From a virus (lineage: Duplodnaviria; Caudoviricetes), in the IMG/VR virus record IMGVR_UViG_3300031851_005311, positions 1 through 27,203 of that record: 27,203 nt of DNA; one strand, 5' to 3'. The notes below the pieces were generated by a model that ran no database searches, had not been told where the DNA came from, and worked only from the letters and a program-made list of their open reading frames with translations. Made by a program: the position numbers and the translations under genes. Each line of letters opens with the position of its first letter. Positions within the stretch are counted from its first letter, which is position 1. Below are positions 1-7,545 of this stretch, piece by piece.

Positions 1-386
1 TGGGCAACATAGATGCCATGCGAGACTGGAGTGATGCTGAAGATTTCGTCGAAGGTATTTGGTTGATGCTTAATCAAGAAGAACCTAAAGAATACGTCCT
101 TTCTTCAAATGAGACTCACACTATTCGTGAATTTGTCGAGGAAGCTTTTAATTTTGTTGGCTTTGGTTCTGAGAAGTGCCGTTGGGATGGTCATGGAGTT
201 AATGAAAAATACATGCATGAAGATAAGATTTTAATGCAGATCAATCCTGAATTCTATCGTCCTGCTGAAGTACACTTGCTGTTAGGGGATTCTTCGTTGG
301 CAAGAAGGGAGCTTGGTTGGGAACCTAAAATTGATTTCCTTGAATTAGTCAGGAAAATGGTTGCAAACGACATTGATGCATATTAG
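1..386 (+). CDS. gmd: GDP-mannose 4,6-dehydratase, C-terminal part (5' truncated by window)
   Basis: Frame is open from the window start: GNIDAMRDWSDAEDFVEGIWLML...HTIREFVEEAF...PEFYRPAEVHLLLGDSSLARRELGWEPKIDFLELVRKMVAND matches the Gmd C-terminus (GNLDAKRDWG...FRPAEVDLLLGD...LGW). Confidence 0.93.
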   Translation, partial: GNIDAMRDWSDAEDFVEGIWLMLNQEEPKEYVLSSNETHTIREFVEEAFNFVGFGSEKCRWDGHGVNEKYMHEDKILMQINPEFYRPAEVHLLLGDSSLARRELGWEPKIDFLELVRKMVANDIDAY

Positions 387-389
387 TAT
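361..389 (+). promoter_or_regulatory. sigma70-like promoter (TTGCAA-N17-TAGTAT) 6 nt upstream of ATG 396
   Basis: -35 TTGCAA at 361-366, 17-nt spacer, -10 TAGTAT at 384-389; no SD before the ATG. Confidence 0.5.
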
Positions 390-395
390 ACCTCT

Positions 396-839
396 ATGCC
401 AAGAGGTAAAAAGCAATGCCCTAGCTGCGAAGCTTTATTAGGAGTAAGGACTTCTACGTGTGATTGTGGTTACGTCTTCCCCGAGAAGAAGAAAGACGAT
501 GAACCAAAAATCAACAAGAAAGAAATATTAAAGAGGCTTGTTTCCGAGCCTTCTAGTAATAAGCGTATGTTCTACATGCGCGAAATGAAGATGTTGAATG
601 ATCTTTGCGGGAGGTACTCTCTTGAGTTCATGAATGTTATGACTTTCTTCAAGAAGCTTGATTCTCTGTCTTATTTGGTTAGCCCCAAGCTTAAAGATAC
701 TTTGGATAAAAAATTTAGAGCCTTCAATTATAGTCTTGACAAAAACAAGTATCCTGAGTATTCTCTGGGCGAGAAGATTGGGGATGACAAGCCAATCGAA
801 GTCAAAAATAAAACAATTAAGGATTTTTTAAATGAGTAA
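396..839 (+). CDS. hypothetical protein with N-terminal zinc ribbon
   Basis: CPSC-x10-CDC at the N-terminus, basic body; overlaps the recA start. Confidence 0.7.
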   Translation: MPRGKKQCPSCEALLGVRTSTCDCGYVFPEKKKDDEPKINKKEILKRLVSEPSSNKRMFYMREMKMLNDLCGRYSLEFMNVMTFFKKLDSLSYLVSPKLKDTLDKKFRAFNYSLDKNKYPEYSLGEKIGDDKPIEVKNKTIKDFLNE

Positions 840-1959
840 AGCCACCAAAGAAACGCAAGATGATCAAAAGTTAATGGGTAGTTTTTTAAAAGCCAATAAA
901 GAAGACCATTACAATTTTGAAGATGAGATTAATTATAAAGTGTCAAGCGGATCGCTTCAGTTTGACCTACAGTTAGGAGGAGGCTTCGGCCCCGGACTCC
1001 ATAGATTCGTAGGTATGAATGAAGGAGGTAAGACTTCAGAATCTCTTGAGGTTATGAAAAATTTCTTGAAACAAATCCCAAATTCTAAAGGTGTTTTTGT
1101 AAAAGCTGAAGGAAGACTTTCTCCAGAAATGAGGGAAAGGAGCGGTGTGAAGTTTGTGTATACCGCTGAAGAATGGGTTGATGGCACTTGTTTTGTTTTT
1201 GAATCTAATATTTACGAGACTGTTGTAGAGCTTTTCCGAGAGCTTGTTTCTAAGAACGATAGTAATAAGAAATACTGTTTCTTGTTGGATTCTGTCGATG
1301 GCTTAATCACTAAAAACGATATCAATAAGAGCTTCGAAGACTCGGCTAAAGTTGCTGGGGGTGCAGTTATTGCTGGCACATTTATGAAGAAGATGTCAAT
1401 TGCTCTCGCAAAAAGAGGTCATATGGCAATCTTTATTTCCCAAGTTAGAGCTGATATTAAGCTTGACCCATATTCCAAAGCTCCAGTCAGACAGACTACA
1501 GCTACTGGAGGAAATGCTTTGCTGCACTTTGCTAATTGGATTATTCAATTCGAAGCTAGATATGCTGGAGATAACATTCTAAAGAATGCGTCGATTAAGA
1601 AAATGGATTCAAAGAATCCTGCTATTGGTCATGTCGCTAAAGTGGTAGTTAAAAAATCCCCCAACGAGAAAACCAATATGGTGGTGAGCTATCCAATTAG
1701 GTATGGCCGTAAAAATGGCACATCGATCTGGGTAGAAAAAGAGATAGTTGATCTACTATACGCTTGGGAGTTTGTTAAAAAAGCTGGCCCTTGGATTTCC
1801 TTTACAGAAGACTTTAAAGAATTGATTGAAGATACTGAATTCGAAATCCCAGATAAAGTTCAAGGAGATAATAAGCTTTTTAGCTTTATTGAAGAGAATC
1901 AAGATCTGTGTGATTTTTTGGTTACTTATTTTAAGAATGCTATTGGTGAGGTTTCATGA
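832..1959 (+). CDS. recA: RecA/UvsX-family recombinase
   Basis: SSGSLQFDLQLGGG, Walker A GMNEGGKTS, Walker B FLLDSV, IFISQVR, TGGNALLHFA. Confidence 0.92.
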   Translation: MSKATKETQDDQKLMGSFLKANKEDHYNFEDEINYKVSSGSLQFDLQLGGGFGPGLHRFVGMNEGGKTSESLEVMKNFLKQIPNSKGVFVKAEGRLSPEMRERSGVKFVYTAEEWVDGTCFVFESNIYETVVELFRELVSKNDSNKKYCFLLDSVDGLITKNDINKSFEDSAKVAGGAVIAGTFMKKMSIALAKRGHMAIFISQVRADIKLDPYSKAPVRQTTATGGNALLHFANWIIQFEARYAGDNILKNASIKKMDSKNPAIGHVAKVVVKKSPNEKTNMVVSYPIRYGRKNGTSIWVEKEIVDLLYAWEFVKKAGPWISFTEDFKELIEDTEFEIPDKVQGDNKLFSFIEENQDLCDFLVTYFKNAIGEVS

Positions 1960-2363
1960 AGTTCTATGATTTGTACAACAAACAAAGGAACTTAAAAAAC
2001 CCCAAAAAGTATTTAATAGATTGGACTGCTGGAAGCAGGAGTAAATTTCAAAAAGGTGTAAAAGATTTCTTAATGCCTTATTGGGAACACGATATTGTTT
2101 TCGAGGAGTTCCGAATAGTAGGTACAAGATTATCCCTTGACTTTTATAATGCTAATAAAAAAATAGCTATTGAAGTGCAAGGTGGTCAGCACATTAAATA
2201 TGTAAAGCATTTTCATGGTAACAGGCTAAAGTATGTTGATCAATTAAAAAGGGACAAAAAAAAGCTAGACTTCTGCGAAATCAATAATATAAACCTCGTA
2301 GAGATTTACCCACAAGATGTTGTCAATGCATCTTTTTTCGAAGACCAAGAAATTTATTTATGA
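1956..2363 (+). CDS. Vsr/DUF559-like PD-(D/E)XK endonuclease
   Basis: EEFRI...LDFY...IAIEVQGGQH...RDKKKLDFCEINNINLVEI; ATGA overlap with recA. Confidence 0.75.
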   Translation: MKFYDLYNKQRNLKNPKKYLIDWTAGSRSKFQKGVKDFLMPYWEHDIVFEEFRIVGTRLSLDFYNANKKIAIEVQGGQHIKYVKHFHGNRLKYVDQLKRDKKKLDFCEINNINLVEIYPQDVVNASFFEDQEIYL

Positions 2364-2602
2364 ACCAAGACGAAGACGCTCCAGAATTTGAATTGCCAGA
2401 AAATTTGCTAGAAAAACTTTATGAACTCTCAGGAGGGTCAGATAAATACAAAGGTTTTATTTTATGTAACTGTAGCGAGAATGGCTCTCCCACTATTTTT
2501 TCAAAGTTTGATTCCACCGTTGTAGAACTGGGATTAAGAAAAACTCTTGAGCAGTGGCTACTTAGCAACGAAAGCGATAAAGAAGATTACAATGATCTAT
2601 AA
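2360..2602 (+). CDS. small acidic hypothetical protein
   Basis: 80 aa ORF coupled by ATGA overlap and filling the gap to dnaB; no motif recognised. Confidence 0.65.
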   Translation: MNQDEDAPEFELPENLLEKLYELSGGSDKYKGFILCNCSENGSPTIFSKFDSTVVELGLRKTLEQWLLSNESDKEDYNDL

Positions 2603-4094
2603 TTACGAACTCGAAAAACAATTACTCGCAGGTCTTTTGAAAGACCCCAGCATGCTGGTTGAGATTAATAATTTTGTTAGCCCTAAAGATTTTTACTCAG
2701 AGAATACAGCTCTTCATGGGACTATCTTCAGGGTAATTCAGCAAGCTATTAATGCTGGGGATGAAGTAGATGAGGTCATTATTGCTCAAAGAGTTAATGA
2801 CGTTGGATTGAATTTTGAAGGCATCACACCAGCGGAGTATATCAAGTCTCTTGGTATGCGTAAAGTACCTGCTGGTAATGTAATTAAAACAGCTAGGGAA
2901 TTAAAGAAATATACAATTCGTCGTGAGATCATGGACTCCTCTCAGGAGATATCCAAAAAGATGAAGGCTATGCCTCCAGAATCTTCTTATCGCGAGATTG
3001 TAGAGATTGCTGATAACGTTTACAACTCTAGAATTAATCTGTATGAGATTGGAAATGATGTTCCGACAAACATTTATGATGAGATGGAGGATGTCATTGA
3101 GGAGCTTGGCAACAATCCTGTTACTGAGTTTGGAATGATGGGGCCACACAAAAAGATAAATGATATTTATGGATCACTTTTAAGGCCCGGTAATATTACA
3201 GTTGTTGTCGCTCGTTCAGGAGTTGGTAAAACCCAGTTCTGTATGGATTACGCTAGCAAAGTTGGAGATGAATATGGTGTGCCAATTCTCCATTTTGATA
3301 ATGGCGAGATGAGTAAACAAGAACTGATGATGCGTCAATGCGCGGCTTTATCTGGAGTTCCCATGCATTTACTTGAGAGTGGTAAATGGAGACAAGCTGG
3401 ACAGGATGTAGTCCAGAAAGTTCAGTCTGTCTGGCCCAGAGTAAAAAAGCTAAAGTTCTATTACTATAATGTCGGCGGCATGGATGTGGATGCTATGATT
3501 AATTCACTTAAAAGATTTTACTTTTCTCAGGTGGGCCGAGGGAACCCAATGGTTTTCTCTTTTGATTATATTAAGACAACAAGCGAAGCTAGCAACAAAA
3601 ACGAATGGCAGGTTGTTGGGGAGATGGTAGACAAGTTTAAGAAGTGTATCCAAAAAGAGATTCTGGTGGACGGCCTACCAATTATACCGATGATTACTTC
3701 TGTTCAGTCTAATAGGAGCGGTATTACAAACAACAGAAATTCTCAAAACATCATTGATGATGAAAGCGTTGTTAGTTTATCAGATCGAATTACTCAGTTC
3801 TGTTCCCACATGTTTATTCTTCGCAAGAAGACAGAAGATGAAATTGAATTAGAAGGTCAAAGATTTGGTACACATAAATTGATCAATGTAAAATCTCGAC
3901 ACTTAGGTCAAGATATTGCTGGTGCAATTGAACCTATTCAAGTTGATGACTCATTACGTAGAAACTTTATTAACTTAAGCTTTCATAATTTCAATATTAC
4001 TGAATGCGGAGACTTGAGGGATATTGTAAGAGTGAGAAATGGAGATGAAGATTTAGCACAAGATGGACACGAAACAGCCCCAGACTTCAGTTAG
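2592..4094 (+). CDS. dnaB: replicative DNA helicase DnaB (start probably ATG 2592 rather than TTG 2547)
   Basis: N-terminal ELEKQLLAGLL...DFY..H..IF domain, Walker A ARSGVGKT, EMS, FDYIK, QSNR, VKSRH. Confidence 0.92.
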   Translation: MIYNYELEKQLLAGLLKDPSMLVEINNFVSPKDFYSENTALHGTIFRVIQQAINAGDEVDEVIIAQRVNDVGLNFEGITPAEYIKSLGMRKVPAGNVIKTARELKKYTIRREIMDSSQEISKKMKAMPPESSYREIVEIADNVYNSRINLYEIGNDVPTNIYDEMEDVIEELGNNPVTEFGMMGPHKKINDIYGSLLRPGNITVVVARSGVGKTQFCMDYASKVGDEYGVPILHFDNGEMSKQELMMRQCAALSGVPMHLLESGKWRQAGQDVVQKVQSVWPRVKKLKFYYYNVGGMDVDAMINSLKRFYFSQVGRGNPMVFSFDYIKTTSEASNKNEWQVVGEMVDKFKKCIQKEILVDGLPIIPMITSVQSNRSGITNNRNSQNIIDDESVVSLSDRITQFCSHMFILRKKTEDEIELEGQRFGTHKLINVKSRHLGQDIAGAIEPIQVDDSLRRNFINLSFHNFNITECGDLRDIVRVRNGDEDLAQDGHETAPDFS

Positions 4095-5118
4095 CGTAGA
4101 AGACTATCAATTGATACTTGAGTCTTTAGGTTATAACCTTATTGATTCTGGAGATCATTGGAGAACCAAAGCTTTGTATAGAGAGGGCGATAATACTACA
4201 GCAGTAAAGATTTATAAAAACACTGGGGTCTGGATGGATTTTGTAGATAACAAAGGGTGCAAACCTTTTGAGGCTTTAGTAAAACTAACTACAAATGATC
4301 AAAGCATGTTCTCAGACGTTCTTGAAAGGATCAAAAAAGAAGGCCCACTCAACCACGTAAAAGTAGATAAAATTCAAATGGAAAAAACTTACTCGGAAGA
4401 CGTTTTGTCTAAACTATTCCCTAATTATAAATTTTACTCAGATAAAGGAATCTCAGAAGCGACACAAAAGTGCTTCAAGGTGGGGTTAGCTGGTGTTGGT
4501 AAAATGTACAGGCGAATGGTCTTCCCTATTTATAACGAGCATAAACAGATCATTGGTTTCTCTGGTCGCAAGATTGACGATAATAACGATTACCCTAAAT
4601 GGAAACACATAGGCAAAAAGACTACTTGGGCTTATCCTGCTCATGTTGAAGGCAATGAGTGTGATTCTGAGATTGAAAGAACCTCTCAGGTCATTCTCGT
4701 AGAGAGTATTGGTGATGCTATGGCTCTATATGATCAAGGTGTTAAAAATGTTTTAGTTCTATTTGGTTTATCAGCTAGCCCCAGCATTATTAACTACCTT
4801 TCCAGTAAAGTTCTCGATGATATCTTTATCTCTACCAATAACGATTCTAATTCTAAAGAAAACAGGGGTTTAATCGCAGCAATAAAAAATTATTTAAAAT
4901 TATCCCTACACTTTGATCTGGATGTTTTGACAATCAAACTTCCAGAAAAAGGAAATGATTTTGGAGAATGCCACCAAAATGGTTATAATATCAATAAGTG
5001 GTTGGATAAGGAACTCAATCAAGAAGATCAACGTAAATTTATAGCCGACTTTGTATCTAAGAATAAATATTCTTTTACTAAAACGGAAATAAAAACAGCA
5101 AGTAAGATAGATGGATAA
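4063..5118 (+). CDS. dnaG: DnaG-like Toprim primase with degenerate zinc-binding domain
   Basis: RRMVFPIYNEHKQIIGFSGRKI...PKW, Toprim LVESIGDAMAL; follows the helicase. Exact start uncertain. Confidence 0.85.
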   Translation: MDTKQPQTSVSVEDYQLILESLGYNLIDSGDHWRTKALYREGDNTTAVKIYKNTGVWMDFVDNKGCKPFEALVKLTTNDQSMFSDVLERIKKEGPLNHVKVDKIQMEKTYSEDVLSKLFPNYKFYSDKGISEATQKCFKVGLAGVGKMYRRMVFPIYNEHKQIIGFSGRKIDDNNDYPKWKHIGKKTTWAYPAHVEGNECDSEIERTSQVILVESIGDAMALYDQGVKNVLVLFGLSASPSIINYLSSKVLDDIFISTNNDSNSKENRGLIAAIKNYLKLSLHFDLDVLTIKLPEKGNDFGECHQNGYNINKWLDKELNQEDQRKFIADFVSKNKYSFTKTEIKTASKIDG

Positions 5119-6136
5119 TCCTAAAACAGCTCTCTCGGCAAGTAGAATTAAAACCGTAGAGGGTTGTTCTTGGCTATACTGGTGCAAATATAAATTAAAA
5201 CTTCCAGACGCTAGTAATGATGGAGCTAAAAGAGGTTCTATTTGCCACTTAATTTTCGAACTCTTAGGGGAAAAGAAAAGAAAAAAATATTTCAACAAGA
5301 TTATTAAATCTCAAGATGTTTTCGCCGTCCCTTCTATTAAGCGGCTCATTATGAAACACGCTATTCGTGAAGGTGTAGATGATGATGAAAATATTGAATT
5401 AATCAAAGAAATGACGTATAATGGATTGAACTACGATTTCTTTGGCAATGACCTTAAAGGACTCACGGAAGGGCTTTCTGAACAAGATTTTGACCTCGTT
5501 AAAAACGAAGGCGATGTACGGTATAGGATTCGTGGTTTTATTGATAAGCTTTTTCTTTATAAGGGTGAAAAATTTGCGCTCATCAGGGATTTCAAAACGA
5601 GTAAAGAAGTCTTCAAAGGGAAAGACGCTGAAGATAATCTACAAGATTTGATGTACAGCTTGGCAGTTGATCACCTCTTCCCAGAATACACAAATAAGCA
5701 AAGTGAATTTTTATTCTTAAAATTTGAATTAAATCCCGAAGCTAAAAAAAGTGGTGTCATGAGAATGCAGCCTTTGGATAAAGATGACCTTAGAGGTTTT
5801 GAGTTGCACCTGACAGAAATACAAAGGTATCTGGATAATTTTTCGGAAGAAAACGCGAGAGGTAATATGGCTGCTTACCAAGGGTTTCCCACAGATAAAT
5901 CTTTTAGTAAGAAGCTCCTATGTGGTTTCGCCACTAAAAAAGGAGAGCTTAAAAAAGACGGTACTAAAAAATGGCATTGTGGGATGAAATTTGATTTCTT
6001 CTATTATGAGATTAAAAATTCAGAAGGTCATTTTTCTCGCTCTTGCTTTGAAGAGGAATTTACTGAAGAGATGGTTCCTGAAGGGGGCAGTTACGAGATG
6101 AAATATTATGCAGGTTGCCCCGCACATTCCTCTTGA
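5111..6136 (+). CDS. PD-(D/E)XK exonuclease, Cas4/RecB/AddB-like, probable Fe-S cysteines
   Basis: LSASRIKTVEGC, RGSICH, RGFIDKL, IRDFKTSK, QDLMYSLA, and several C-terminal Cys. Confidence 0.85.
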   Translation: MDNPKTALSASRIKTVEGCSWLYWCKYKLKLPDASNDGAKRGSICHLIFELLGEKKRKKYFNKIIKSQDVFAVPSIKRLIMKHAIREGVDDDENIELIKEMTYNGLNYDFFGNDLKGLTEGLSEQDFDLVKNEGDVRYRIRGFIDKLFLYKGEKFALIRDFKTSKEVFKGKDAEDNLQDLMYSLAVDHLFPEYTNKQSEFLFLKFELNPEAKKSGVMRMQPLDKDDLRGFELHLTEIQRYLDNFSEENARGNMAAYQGFPTDKSFSKKLLCGFATKKGELKKDGTKKWHCGMKFDFFYYEIKNSEGHFSRSCFEEEFTEEMVPEGGSYEMKYYAGCPAHSS

Positions 6137-6161
6137 CTCGGATTAGAATATATGGAATAAT
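6133..6161 (+). promoter_or_regulatory. sigma70-like promoter (TTGACT-N17-AATAAT with extended TGn) 5 nt upstream of GTG 6167
   Basis: TTGACT 6133-6138, 17-nt spacer ending TGG, AATAAT 6156-6161; lies in one of the few intergenic gaps. Confidence 0.5.
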
Positions 6162-6166
6162 GAGGC

Positions 6167-6916
6167 GTGATCACGCCCATCTTCCGCTCGACCTATTCAA
6201 TAGGTAAGAGCATATTAACAATCAATAAGTCTTCTGATGAAGGCCCAGACTCAATTATCGACATCTGTAAAGATGCTGGCATGGAGAGAGTGGTGCTTGT
6301 GGAGGATAATTTGACAAGCTTCATGAAAGCTTTTAATGCCTGTTCTGAAAACGGTCTTGAATTACTCTATGGTTTAAGGCTTACTTTTTGTAACGATATT
6401 TCCGAAGAGGAGTGTGATTCCGAGCATAAGTCTATAATCTTTGCTCAAAATGATGAGGGCTGTAAGTTACTCAACAAAATTTACTCTTTCGCTTTTACAG
6501 AGGGGGGAGGTAAGATTGATTACGCTAATTTCAAGGAGTTCTGGGATGAAGATAAACTGATGTTTGTCGTTCCATTTTATGACAGCTTCATTCATCAGAA
6601 TAATTTCTTACTTAAGAACTGTATTCCAGATTTCAGTTTTTTAACCCCTAACTTTTGGATAGAGAAGAATGACCTACCTTTTGACCACTTACTCAGTTAC
6701 AAGGTAAGAGAGTATATCTCAAAAAATCTACAATCCTCCACCTCTTCAAAAGTAAAAACAATTTGTTATAAAGATAAATCAGATGTCGAAGCTTTACAAA
6801 CTTACAAAATCCTCTGTAATAGAAACTTTGGTAAACAGTCCCAACTCTCCAACCCAAATTTGTCTCACTTTGGAAGTGATGAATTCTCTTTTGAGTCTTA
6901 CCTAGAACAAGCATGA
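6167..6916 (+). CDS. stand-alone PHP domain of DNA polymerase III alpha (N-terminal part of split DnaE)
   Basis: FRSTYSIGKSIL...VVLVED...LLYGLRL...IIFAQNDEGCKLLNKIYS follows the DnaE PHP pattern (HSEYSLLDG...TD...GxE...LAKNxxGYxNL); metal-binding His residues replaced. Confidence 0.8.
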   Translation: MITPIFRSTYSIGKSILTINKSSDEGPDSIIDICKDAGMERVVLVEDNLTSFMKAFNACSENGLELLYGLRLTFCNDISEEECDSEHKSIIFAQNDEGCKLLNKIYSFAFTEGGGKIDYANFKEFWDEDKLMFVVPFYDSFIHQNNFLLKNCIPDFSFLTPNFWIEKNDLPFDHLLSYKVREYISKNLQSSTSSKVKTICYKDKSDVEALQTYKILCNRNFGKQSQLSNPNLSHFGSDEFSFESYLEQA

Positions 6917-7545
6917 ACGAGTCACTACTTAGATTTGACAAAAAGCAAAAGTATCTAATCTTAGATACAGAGACTGAAGGCCTTAACCTTATCAAGTCTC
7001 GCCCGTGGCAGGTGGCTTGGATTACAGCGCAAGGTAATAATGTAATTGAGAAGTTTAATATGCATTTACATTGGTCCGATTTAGATATTTCTGAAGATGC
7101 CGCTAGAATCACAGGTTTTAAACGCGCCCAGCATGATAAAATTTCTAAAGATCCCAAGGAAGTCTTTGATGTATTTAAAGAGTATTTGTACGACCCAAGC
7201 TATAAGATTGTGGGGCAGAATCTTTTGGGCTTCGATGTTTATATGATTAATGTTTGGATGAAGGCTCTAGGACTTAGCTCTGATTACTCTTATATGGATA
7301 GAATCATAGACACTCTTAGTTTAGCAAAGGCTATCGAGCTTCAAGATGAGCCAGACTTAAATAATTTTATTTACTGGCAGTATCGTTGGTTAAACTATAG
7401 AAAGAGGGGTCTTAAAGCTTCTCAGGGTGCGCTACTTAAAAAATACAATATAGAGCATGACCCCAGTAAGCTTCATGATGCTCTGTATGACATCGAAATG
7501 AATTACAAGATTTTCCGCAAGCAACTTTTTGATATTGAAATATGA
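6913..7545 (+). CDS. dnaQ: DEDDh 3'-5' exonuclease (Pol III epsilon-like)
   Basis: ExoI LDTETEG, ExoII GQNLLGFD, ExoIII HDALYD. Confidence 0.9.
   Translation: MNESLLRFDKKQKYLILDTETEGLNLIKSRPWQVAWITAQGNNVIEKFNMHLHWSDLDISEDAARITGFKRAQHDKISKDPKEVFDVFKEYLYDPSYKIVGQNLLGFDVYMINVWMKALGLSSDYSYMDRIIDTLSLAKAIELQDEPDLNNFIYWQYRWLNYRKRGLKASQGALLKKYNIEHDPSKLHDALYDIEMNYKIFRKQLFDIEI

Noticed and set aside
2547-2591. Upstream TTG start for dnaB
   Set aside because: Adds 15 non-DnaB residues deep inside the previous gene; ATG 2592 fits the domain start.
5111-6136. Cas4-like nuclease as evidence of a CRISPR system
   Set aside because: No cas1/cas2 and no repeat-spacer array seen; such nucleases are common in phage replication modules.
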